Below are positions 1-11,800 of a stretch of 64,000 bases of DNA, piece by piece. Under the pieces are notes generated by a model. That model ran no database searches, had not been told where the DNA came from, and saw nothing but the letters and a program-made list of their open reading frames with translations. The DNA is taken from assembly GCF_006345805.1 (NCBI RefSeq), contig NC_043005.1, forward strand, positions 30,380,001 through 30,444,000. Direction: 5' to 3'. The DNA is from Octopus sinensis. Taxonomy: Eukaryota. Positions within the stretch are counted from its first letter, which is position 1. Every line of letters starts with the position of its first letter. Made by a program: the position numbers and the translations under genes.

Positions 1-305
1 AAAGAATTACAGAAGTGAAAAAAAACAGGCTTTTATCAGACACTCAGATGCAGCAAAGTTCTGGATTGTTGAGGTACACACCATTATTAAGACGACCACT
101 TTTGAATCACACAGATTAGTCAGATATATGGAAATACATATTTAGTTTTTCCAACCATATGCAGCCACATGTTTCTAAATGATTCATTGCTTACTCAGCC
201 TTCTGTTTTTGTTTACATAGTCAACGATTCTCCTGTTATAACTATAAGTGTATCTGCGGGTTTGTCACTTATATCATATTGACTGACTTAATATATATAC
301 ACTGA

Positions 306-362
306 CTTAGCAACCATTCTATATACTTATAGATAGATAGATAGATAGATAGACAAACAGAC

Positions 363-429
<67 letters not shown>

Positions 430-490
430 CAAACAGATAGATAGATAGATAAATAGGCAGACAAATAGACAGATAAATAGATAGACAGAT

Positions 491-525
<35 letters not shown>

Positions 526-526
526 T
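306..526. repeat. (GATA)n microsatellite; similar tracts at ~25813-25900 and ~26320-26465
   Basis: Direct reading; explains the YLSI/IYLS shadow ORFs. Confidence 0.97.
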
Positions 527-744
527 TGGTTTCAAATTATGGCACAAAACTAGAACTCTTGGGGGAGGGTTTAAGTCCATTACATTGACCCCAGTGTGTA
601 ACTGGTACTATTTTTTTGACCCTGAAAAGATGAAAGGCACATCTCTATCTCGGTGGAATTTGAACTCAGAACTTAAAGATAGACAAAGTGCTGCTAAGCA
701 TTTTGTCCAGCATGCTAACAATTCTGCCAGCTTGCCTTTACATG

Positions 745-1005
745 TGTGTGGTGTGTGTGTAAGTAGCTTGCTTACCAACCACATGGTTCCGGGTTCAGTC
801 CCACTGCTTGGCACCTTGGGCAAGTGTCTTCTACTATAGCCTCTGACCAGCCAAAGCCTTGTGAGTGAATTTGGTAGACAGAAACTGAAAGAAGTCTGTC
901 GTATGTGTGTGTGTGTATGTGCTTGACATCCCCGTAACTTAGCAGTTTGGCAAAAGAGACCAATAGTATAAGTACTAGGCTTACAAAGAATAAGTCCTCA
1001 GGTCA
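745..1005 (+). mobile_element. CORE-type tRNA-derived SINE; further copies ~16750-17060, 23570-23960, 48660-48840(-), 49210-49370(-), 50095-50450, 59790-60240(-)
   Basis: Recurrent ccgggttcagtcccactgc..ggcaccttgggcaagtgtcttctactatagcc...ggatttggtagacggaaactgaaagaag, then a (TA/TG)n tract and a conserved tail. Confidence 0.85.
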
Positions 1006-1234
1006 GGGGGCTAGCAGATGGCAAATAATAGAGTGAGACAAGGCATGTGGGTAGAACACACAGGTTGGGAGCAAGCATACAGTGGCACAGGTCCAAGAGA
1101 ACAGGATTGGTGAGTGGGAGGTAATCATAGTACATGAAGTAGAAATGTGAGGAAGAGAAGGGATGTAGAGACGTAGTTTGGTTTGTTGTGGTAGAGTGTG
1201 TGAGAAGTTTTCTACAGTGTTTCTAGAATTCAGT

Positions 1235-3005
1235 TTCACTGATGTGGGTGGGTCTTCTCAAGAACTTCATATCACCTGATATCTCAGTCCATGGTCATTT
1301 CCTCCGTGAGGTCCAACTTCCTGAGATCAGTCCTTACCACTTAATCCCATGTCTTCATGGGTCTCCTTCTCCATGGGTACCATCCACTTTCTGTCATCAG
1401 CACTTCTTTGTGCAGCTATCTTCATTCATGCACATCATATGTCCAAACCAATGTAGTCTTCTCTCTCTTGCTTGCCACATTTGATTCCTTTTATGCCAAA
1501 CTTTTCTCTCAATACATTTGCACTTAGTTGTACATGTGCACTGATGTTCCACATCCAACAGAGCATACTACCTTCGTTTCTCTCCAGTCTATACATATCC
1601 TCAGCATTCAGAGCCCATGTCTCACTACCATGAGTATAGCTGTTCGTACACAAGCATCATATAGTCTACCTTTCATTCTGAGAGAGTCCTTTTGTTGCCA
1701 ACAGAGGTAATAGCTCTCTGAACTTCTCCACCCAATTCTTATTCTAGAAACAATACTTTCAGAGCATCCTCCACCATTGCTAATTTGGTCACCTAAGTCA
1801 CAAAAAATATCAACAACTTCAAGAGAGCTTCCTGGGCATTTGAGAGAATCTAAGTCCCGTATGCTCTTAGGGCTTATTTTGTTCCTGCACATCTGTCACA
1901 TGCAAAGACGACTTTATCTGTATCCTATGCCAACAGATATTTTAATAATCTCAGCAGTGATTCCTGATAGCCCAGGGACTTTCCCTGTTTTCATGTCCTT
2001 AATTGCTTTATCTATGATGCTGCTATCAACCCTGATTGCTGGTCTCTCAATTGGTTCAATATTTGGTAGATTCTCCTTCTCCCATTCCTTTACCATATTT
2101 AGCAACCTTTCATAGTGACGCTTCCATGCATCTTTTCTTCTCTGAGTCACTAAGTGCAAGCATACCATTATCCATTTGCAGACATTTCTCACCTACCACA
2201 TCTCTATTCTCTCTGATACACTGCTTTGCAATCCTGAACACCTCATGCCTCTGATCCTCATGCTGTAGGACATTTGCAAATCTCTTCCCTTCAGCTACTC
2301 CTTTTGCTATGTAAACCTGACACCTAGCTGCCCTTTTGGCTACCTGATATAATTCTCTGCTTCCACCGTTTTTCCATTCTTTCCAAGCCTGTCTCTTTGC
2401 TTTTATAACACTGTCTACCTCCTTGTTCCACCACCATATCACCTTTGGTCTAGCTGGGACTCTGCACCAACCACAGATTCATCCGTAGCTCTCAGTAGAT
2501 TGTCCGTCAAGAACTTCCAATTGTCCTCTAAGCTATGTGTCCCCAACTCTTCCTCGCTTTCGTCAGAAGCTTCCATTAGCTAATCTCTAAATTTTTGTGT
2601 TTGCTGGGGCTTTGAGCTTCCATAGTCTTCTTTTCCAGATTGGTTTATTTCTCCAGGTCTTTCTAGCTCTAATTTTGAAGTCACTAACTCGTAACCTATG
2701 GTGGGTTGTATACTCTTCACCTGGGAAAGACTTAACATTTTAAAGCATCCATCTATCATGCTGTCTGGTGAGGAGGTAGTCAATTTGGCTTATGCGCTCA
2801 CCAGAATAAGTGATTAAGTGGCTGGCTGGTTTTTTGAAGTTAGTGTTGCAGATCATAAGATCATTTGCATCACAGAACTCCAGCGGACTTGTTCCCTCCT
2901 CATTTTTAGGTTCAAAACCATAGCCTCCATGCACTCCCTAGAATCCAGTGGGGTGCTGTCCAACATGTCCATAGAAGTCACCAGCCACAATAATTAAGTC
3001 TCTGT
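1235..3005 (-). mobile_element. Decayed RTE-clade LINE (APE end, linker and RT C-terminus; most of the RT core deleted)
   Basis: Frameshifted fragments: IIVAGDFYGHVG, LEFCDANDLMICNTNFKK...QIDYLL, WWWNKEVDSVIKAK, AIKDMKTGKVPGLSGITAE, YGSETWAL-like ...LERNEGSML. Confidence 0.88.
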
Positions 3006-3026
3006 CATATATATATATATATATAT

Positions 3027-3237
3027 ATTGAGTGAAAACACCTAAAGCTCCACGAGGCTCTGGCAGGGGGGGGGCGATCCCTACTGTACTCTTTTGCCAC
3101 AACTTTCTCTCACTCTTTCTTCTGTTGGCCTGCTCGCTTAGCCACCGGGGTGGCTTCATTCGAAGGCTAAAACAATGCGAACACATTGTGACCAGCGATG
3201 TGTAGCAACATCCCAATGGTCTAGTTGGTCACGTGAT

Positions 3238-3243
<6 letters not shown>
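3027..3243. mobile_element. Non-autonomous SINE-related fragment flanked by (TA)n; related to 25940-26310
   Basis: aaaacacctaaagctccacgagg...cttttgccacaactttctctcac is the reverse complement of a segment in 26160-26245. Confidence 0.6.
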
Positions 3244-3279
<36 letters not shown>

Positions 3280-3451
3280 TTTGTTTCTATGTGAAGTTAT
3301 AAAAACAATAATAACGTGGAACAGAGGGAATAGCCAATACTTTTTAGTCAAGTACATATTTGTTAATTTTTACAAGGAAAAGGCTGACAGTTACTTCAGA
3401 GTTTCAGCTCATTAGCTATCAGATTACAGGTAAGCTGTAGCTTTGAAGTCA

Positions 3452-3725
3452 TCCATTTTTTACCGTTTTTTTTTGTGTACACACACACATGATGGTTGTT
3501 AACTCCTTGTACAAAGTCTGACCAGGTCTGATGTGGCTTTTTAAATCAGACAGTGCATTGAAAAGACACCCACATAGATTGCATATCTGCTTTGGACCAC
3601 CAAGAGCTGCAATTAAGTTCTGATCTTTGTGGATCTTAAAATGTCTTTTGAGGCCTCTGTTAGGTTTGCAGTCATTATGGTATACACAGCATTGAAAGGG
3701 GTGCACAGACATATGGGCAGAATAG
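3452..3725 (-). pseudogene. Degenerate two-finger C2H2-like fragment (LINE C-terminus or ZNF relic)
   Basis: FQCCVYHNDCKPNRGLKRHFKIH and CNLCGCLFNALSDLKSHIR. Bounded by microsatellites; no clear splice sites. Confidence 0.35.
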
Positions 3726-4087
3726 TTGGTGGAGGTTCGTTTTCCATATATATATATACATACATACATTCATACACACACACACACACGCATGCTCTCA
3801 TATGCTCACACATACACATTCACATACTACTTTATACAGTCTCTAAGAAATGGCTGTTAATGTCAGCTCAGAGAATCATCAAAATTGTTATAACTACTTC
3901 GTCTCGTTAATAGGACATCATCCACTGATGTAATTAAGGTTAATAACATAAGACATAAATAAAATAAAATGAATGAAAACAAAAAACAAGGAAAAGATGT
4001 TTAAAATTCAGTCATGTATCACAGTTGAAAATGTAAATTTATCTTCAAAAACAGACATTGCATGTCACAAAGTAAAATCAAACATCA

Positions 4088-4122
4088 TATGTGTGTGTGT
4101 GTGTGTATCTATTTATGTATGC

Positions 4123-4154
<32 letters not shown>

Positions 4155-4279
4155 TTATCTATGTGTATGTACATATATATATTTATGTATGTGTATGTGT
4201 ATGTATATACATATATAAATATATATATTTTTATGCATGTGTATGTATATATATATAAATATATTTATATATTTATGTA

Positions 4280-4335
<56 letters not shown>

Positions 4336-4425
4336 TGTATATATTTATGTATGTATATATATATATATATAATATATATATTTATGTGTGTATATATATG
4401 TATGTATGTATGTATGTATGCATAC
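4088..4425. repeat. Compound (TG)n/(TA)n/(TATG)n microsatellite; (TATG/CATA)n also at ~28150, 28735, 29302-29438, 51040-51120
   Basis: Direct reading. Confidence 0.97.
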
Positions 4426-4721
4426 ATATCATAGCATAGGAAAGAAGGTTGATTAACTTAAAAAAACCCTAAAACTTTGATTCTTTTGTTTTTTTACAAC
4501 TTGGTTTCTGAGCTGTGTATATTCAATGTGAATTACATTGATTTTAGTTTAATAATGAACTCAGAAAAGAGGATTTATGTAACTTTTTTACATAGTCTCT
4601 GTACCTTGTATGAATTGTTGCTCCCAACTTCAATTGTTAGTCAGACTTATTCTGACGTGCGTTTCTGATTATTGCAAATATAATCAAACATGATCAATAT
4701 GTCACTTATCCTAAGATACAT

Positions 4722-4760
<39 letters not shown>

Positions 4761-5489
4761 GGGGGGAAAGAGTGGAAGAGAGAAGAAGAAAGAGATAAAG
4801 AGAGTGAGAGAGAAAGAAAGAGAGAAGAAAGAGAGAGAGGGTGTGTGTGTATGTTTGAACATGAAAGAGTGAGAGAGAGAATGGCGCAATAGGAATTAGC
4901 ATGTGTGTGTGAGTGAGAGAGAGAGAAAGAGAGTGAGACAGAGAAGGAGAGTGTGTGTGTGTATAAGTGAGGGGGAGAGGGAAAGAGAGAGAGACAGAGA
5001 TAGACAGGGCATAGAGTGTGTGTGTGTGTGTCTCTTTTAAATGTCTATTGATTAAGTTGTCATCTCAGTATATTAAGTGATATCAACAGGCCATTTTATC
5101 ACATAAATAATATTTATATTGTGAAGTATATTTGCCACCTAAATGTGGCTAACCCTTAAGGGTTCATACTACTGTAGCTTGTAGCCCCAGGAAGACATCT
5201 CCTCCAGCTGGCTATTGACACAGTTTCTCTGCCCTATTAGTGTTTGCCCAGAGATTTATTATTGATATCTTTATCATTTATGTGATTGTGATATATTGGC
5301 ATTGCTCTCCTCCTCCTCCTGAGACCTCTAACTATTCCTACTGGTAGGAGGATAGCAATGAATGCATTGCTCTCTCTCTCTGTGTGTGTGTGTGTGTGTG
5401 CCAAAGAGAGTATTAATTCATAGACTTAACAATGAACAAGAAACATAGTTCAATAATCAATTAATGTATTCCCAGATTAATTAACATAG

Positions 5490-5600
5490 TATGCTCAACT
5501 TAATGCATGTTCAACTTAACGAATGCTCAACTTAATGAATGCTCCGCTTAATGAATGCTCATCTTGATGAATGCTCAACTTAACGAATGCTCATCTTAAT
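5490..5600. repeat. 16-bp minisatellite (~7 copies) in the presumed HHIPL 3' UTR
   Basis: Unit aatgaatgctcaactt with variants. Confidence 0.85.
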
Positions 5601-5835
5601 TTTCCTCTGGTAATATTTACTGCTTATTTCATTGCATTTTTTTGACTATTTTTTTCTTTTAATATTTGGAGATGGACAATGGCCAAATATTTTATGATAA
5701 ATAAATGTTTTGTCACTTAAGAATTTAGTCCTATTAAAAAGATGTTATTTTAGCTTAGATATAGATAGAGAAGAGATTACTGGTGAGAAAGGGGACGGGA
5801 ACAGACAATAAAATGGCCTTAGAATACTTTAGGAC

Positions 5836-8800
5836 TCATCTTTGTGGAATGTTTTCAAAATCTTGGTAATCGTACATGTCACTAGGAACCAAATCCTGAA
5901 TATTATGGCCTTTATCACTATCAGATGATTGTTTTCTTAAAATGGTGGGTCGAAAGTGAACAGTTAACTTTACACGAGAATGGTATTTTGTGATTGGTTG
6001 GGTATTTAAAAATGAATTTTTCCAACCTTTCTTTTTCCATTTTCTATGCTTTGTCTGTTGCTTAGATTTTGTGTAAGGGTAATTGTCAATATAAACATCA
6101 TTGCTCACAGACTTTTCAAGATTGTTATTAGAATCGATTGCATGGAATGGTTTTGATTTCTGCCTGTCCTCTCTCTCAGGCTTTGAATCCTTTACTTCAT
6201 CAACAAAGGTAGAACTTGAAATCTTCTGGTTATTACCTGGTCTATAATCTTCTGGATTAATACCAGAGGCAGAGTTAGATTCAAGATCATCACCAGAAGC
6301 AGAGTTAGAATCAAAGTCATCATCATCATCATTAGAAGAGCTGGGGTTGAGATTATCCCCAGAGGCAGAACTATAATCTGTATCATCAACAAGTGTTAAA
6401 CTAGATGCTGAACTACTAGGTGAGGATTTTCTAGGGTCAGGTTTCCTGTATAGACTATGAATTAAGGAATAACTCGATCCTGATTTATTCCTATTAGCAG
6501 GAATAGAGTTATTGAATACAGATATTGATGCTGAAGTAGTTGTAGGAGAAATTAATGTGGAATTTTGATTATTTTCAGGAGATTTAATAGAATTGTCTGA
6601 AACTGAATTGGAACCTGGTTTTTCACCTTTCAGTGAAGAGATACCTGCATATCCACCTGATGGAGAAGGAGTATCTGGGTAATGTCCAGAACCATAGTTG
6701 GAATGTAAATTTTCTCCAGATGCAGAACTGGAATCCATATCCTCACCAGAGGCAGAATTAGACTCCATATCCATACCAGAGGCTGAATTTGTGTCCATAT
6801 CATCTCCAGATGCAGATCTCAAGTCAGTATAAGCTTTGGATATTGAAGAAGACGATGCAATATTTTGGGTGATTGAAGCAGAAAAATCATCAATGTTAAG
6901 TGTAGTGTTTGTGTTTAAAGTATCTTCTGGAGTGAAAGTAATATGTGGTGAGACTCCAGAAGTTTGGAGAGAACTACTTAAAGCTGAAGTAAGATGTGGT
7001 GCTGCTAAAATGGTAGAAGAAGAATCTGGAAATGTTTTTAGAGAAAAACTAAAAAGTTTGTAACTACTTTGTATTGGTGTGGAGTATGAACTTGTAACAG
7101 GGGTGTGAGTTGAACCAGGGAATATTTTAGGGGGTATTGTTGATGAGATGTCACTGTTTATGACGGATGGAGGACGTGGAGTTGTAAGAGAAAGAAATTT
7201 ATATATTGTAGAAGATTTTATAGGGTGAGAAGTAGAACTTGAAGATATTTTGGCTTCATGAAGATTTTCATAACTTAATGATTCTTCCTTAGAACCAGAA
7301 CTAGACTTCAAGTCATCCTCAGAATCAGTACTTGCTTCCAGGTCATCCCCTGAATCAGTGCTAGATTCCTGGTCATCCTCAGTGTCAGAACTTGATTCTA
7401 GATCATTCCCAGAGGAAGAACTAGGATCTAAATCTTTTTCAGAAATTGTGGATGTGAGTTCACTGTTTACAACAGATGCAGGATGTGGAGTTGTAACAGA
7501 AAGAAATTTATATTTTGTGGGAGATTTTGTAGAATGAGAAGAGAATGAAGTTATTCTGGATTCCGGATAATTTACAGACATTGAACTGGAGAGAATAACA
7601 TCTCCAGAGACAGAACTGGGGCCATAATTATATTTAGAGATAGAATTGGAATGAAGATAATTCCCTGATGACCTAATATGAGTTTCTGAGAATCTTTTGG
7701 AGGGAATAGCAACTGTTGTGTCAGTGTGTGACTGCAGGTTACCTCGAGAGTTAGAGCTAGACTCCAGATAGTCCCCAGAATTAGTACTTGACTCCAAGTC
7801 ATCCTCTGAGTCAGAGCTTGATTCTAGATCATCCCCAGAGGAAGAGCTAGATTCTGAATCATCTTCTGTGCTAGAGCTAGATTCCTCTTTATCATCAATT
7901 TCCAAATGGGATGGAGAACTAGTTGTTTCAACAGAAACAGATTTACTGTTGATATAAACACTAGGTGTGTTGATATAATTACTGACAACTGAAGAATATT
8001 GAGTAACACTATTAATTGATTGATGTAATATAGAACTAGTAATGTGGTAACTATTTGAAACTGGGGTAGGTTTGGGCATTTTAGGTGGTATTGTTGATGT
8101 GATGTCACTGTTTATAACAGATGTAGGATGTGGAATTGTAAGAGAAAGGAATTTATATGTTGTGGGAGATTTTGTTGATTGAGCAGTTGAGCTTGAAGGC
8201 ATTCTGGTTTCACGAAGATTTCCATAACTGGAACTAGAAACAGACTTAAGCCGTGAAATATAACTAGAATGAAGGTAATTCAGTGATGATCTAACATGAG
8301 ATTCTGCAACTCTCTCTGAGGAAGTTGTAAGTTTAGTAGAAAATTTTGATTTAAAATTTAGTTCAGTGTCAGAATTAGATTTCAGCTCTTCTCTGGAACC
8401 AGAACTAGACTTCAAATCATCCTCAGACTCAGTACTAGCTTCCAGATCATCCCCTGAATCAGTGCTAGATTCCTGGTCATCCTCAGTGTCAGAACTTGAT
8501 TCTAGATCATTCCCAGAGGCAGAACTAGGATCTAAATCTTTTTCAGAAATTGTGGATGTGAGTTCACTGTTTACAACAGATGCAGGATGTGGAGTTGTAA
8601 CAGAAAGAAATTTATATTTTGTGGGAGATTTTGTAGAATGAGAAGACAATGAAGTTATTCTGGATTCCGGATAATTCAGACATTGAACTGGAGAGAATAA
8701 CATCTCCAGAGACAGAACTGGGGCCATAATTATATTAGATAGAATTGGAATGAAGATAATTCCCTGATGACCTAATATGAGTTTCTGAGAATCTTTTGGA

Positions 8801-11800
8801 GGGAATAGCAACTGTTGTGTCAGTGTGTGACTGCAGGTTACCTCGAGAGTTAGAGCTAGACTCCAGATAGTCCCCAGAATTAGTACTTGACTCCAAGTCA
8901 TCCTCTGAGTCAGAGCTTGATTCTAGATCATCCCCAGAGGAAGAGCTAGATTCTAAATCATCTTCTGTGCTAGAGCTAGATTCCTCTTTATCATCAATTT
9001 CCAAATGGGATGGAGAACTAGTTGTTTCAACAGAAACAGATTTACTGTTGATATAAACATAGGGTGTTGATATAATTACTGACAACTGAAGAATATTGAG
9101 TAACACTATTAATTGATTGATGTAATATAGAACTAGTAATGTGGTAACTATTTGAAACTGGGGTAGGTTTGGGCATTTTAGGTGGTATTGTTGATGTGAT
9201 GTCACTGTTTATAACAGATGTAGGATGTGGAATTGTAAGAGAAAGGAATTATATGTTGTGGGAGATTTTGTGATTGAGCAGTTGAGCTTGAAGGCATTCT
9301 GGTTTCACGAAGATTTCATAACTGGAACTAGAAACAGACTTAAGCCGTGAAATAAACTAGAATGAAGGTAATTCAGTGATGATCTAACATGAGATTCTGC
9401 AACTCTCTCTGAGGAAGTTGTAAGTTTAGTAGAAAATTTTGATTTAAAAATTAGTTCAGTGTCAGAATTAGATTTCAGCTCTTCTCTGGAACCAGAACTA
9501 GACTTCAAATCATCCTCAGACTCAGTACTAGCTTCCAGATCATCCCCTGAATCAGTGCTAGATTCCTGGTCATCCTCAGTGTCAGAACTTGATTCTAGAT
9601 CACTCCCAGAAGAAGAACTAGGGTCTAAATCTTTTTCAGAAATTGTGGATGTGATGTCACTGTTTATAACAGATGTAGGATGTGGAGTTGTAACAGAAAG
9701 AAATTTATATTTTGTGGGAGATTTTGTTGATTGAGAAGTTGAGCTTGAAGGCATTCCGGCTTCATGATGATTGTCATAACTTGAGCTTGAACCAGACTTA
9801 AGCCGTGAAATATAACCAGAATGAAGGTGAATCATTGATGATTTAACATGAGATTCTGTGACTTTTTCTGAGGGAGTTACAACTTTTGTGGGAAATTTTG
9901 GTTCAGTGTCAGAACTAAATTCCAGCTCTTCTCTAGAACCAGAACTAGACTTCAAATCATCCTCAGACTCAGTACTAGATTCAAGGTCATCCCCTGAATC
10001 AGTGCTAGATTCCAGATCATCCTCCTCAGTGTCAGAGCTTGATTCTAGATCATTCCCAGAGGAAGAACTAGGGTCTAAATCTTTTTCAGAAATTGTGGAT
10101 GTGATGTCACTGTTTATAACAGATGTAGGATGTGGAGTTGTAAGAGAAAGGATTTTATATGTTGTGGGAGATTTTGTTGATTGAGAAGTTGAGCTTGAAG
10201 GCATTCCGGCTTCATGATGGTTGTCATAACTTGAGCTTGAACCAGACTTAAGCCGTGAAGTATAACCAGAATGAAGGTGAATCATTGATGATTTAACATG
10301 AGATTCTGTGACTTTTTCTGAGGGAGTTACAACTTTTGTGGGAAATTTTGGTTCAGTGTCAGAACTAGATTTCAGCTCTTGTCCAGAACCAGAACTTGAC
10401 TTCAAGTCATGCTCAGAGTCAGTGCTAGATTCCAGGTCATCTTCAGTGTCAGAGGTGGATTCCAAGTCATCCCCAGATGAAGAACCAGACTCTGAATCAT
10501 CTCCAATGCTAGAGCCAGATTCCTTTTCATCATCAGATTCTTGAGATTTAGTATTGGTAACGAGACTAGATGTTGTATTAATATAATTACGGATGACTGA
10601 AGAATTATGTTTAACGTTTTTAATTGATGGATGTAATATAGAACTGGTAATATGATTATTTGAAACTGGGGTAGGTTTGGGCATAAATTCAAAATTTAAA
10701 TCATGTACAGAATTAGAATGTGAATTGAAATTGTCTTTAGAACTAGATGTAGGTACCACATGATGTTTAGAAGATGACCCGTACACCAAATCATCATCAA
10801 AAGAGGAGCCAGACTCCTGGTCATCTCCAGAACTAGTACTAGCCTCCAGGTTATCCCCTGAAGATGTTCTATCCTCAAGGCTAACCTCAGATTTAGAGCT
10901 CGATTTCAAGTCAACCCCAGAGGATGATCTGGACTCTAAATGACCTGCAGTGGTTGTTGATATGCTATCATTGTTTATAACAGATGTAGGATGTGGGGAC
11001 GTAACTGAAAGGAATTTATATATTGTAGGAGATTTTGTAGAGTGAGAAGTAGAACTCGAAATCCTTTTAGTTTCACGGAGATTTCCATAACTTAAACTGG
11101 AATCAGCTTTAAACTGTGAGATATAATTAAGACGAACATAAATCATTGATGATTGTATGAGAGATTCTGAGATGCTTTCAATGGAGGTTGTAACTTTAGA
11201 AGGAAGATTTGATTTGAAATTATTTCTACTGCCAGAACTAGACGCCAAGTTATGTTCAGTTCTAGAACGAGACTTCAGATCATTGCCAGAACTAGATTTC
11301 AATTCGTCCTCAGAGTCAGTGCTCGATTCCAGGTCATCTTCAGTGTCAGAGCTGGATTCTAAGTCATCCCCTGATGAAGAACTAGACTCTGAATCATCTC
11401 CAATGCTAGAGCTAGATTCCTTTTCATCATCAGATTCTTGAGATTTAATATTGGTAACAAGACGAGATGTTGTATTAATATAATTATGGATGACTGAAGA
11501 ATTACGTGTAACTTTATTAATTGATTGATGTAATATAGAATTGGTAATGTGGTAACTATTTGAAACTGGGGTAGGTTTGGGCATTTTAGGTGGTATTTTT
11601 GATGTGATGTCACTGTTTATAACAGATGTAGGATGTGGAGTTGGATGAGGAAGGAATTTATATGTTGTGGGAGATTTTGTTGATTGAGAAGTTGAGCTGG
11701 AAGGCATTCCAGCTTCATGATGATTGTCATAACTTGAGCTTGAACCAGACTTAAGTCGTGAAATATAACCAGAATGAAGAGGAATCATTGATGATTTAAC

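Noticed and set aside
184-256. Possible downstream last exon for a short HHIPL isoform (RYTYSYNRRIVDYVNKNRRLSKQ* or DTLIVITGESLTM*)
   Set aside because: Weak polypyrimidine tract. The more protein-like frame is phase 2 and does not match the phase-1 donor at 16399.
269-4902. ORFs rich in YLSI, YI, CV, HT and similar ones across the window
   Set aside because: Translations of (GATA)n, (TA)n, (TG)n, (CATA)n and trinucleotide microsatellites.
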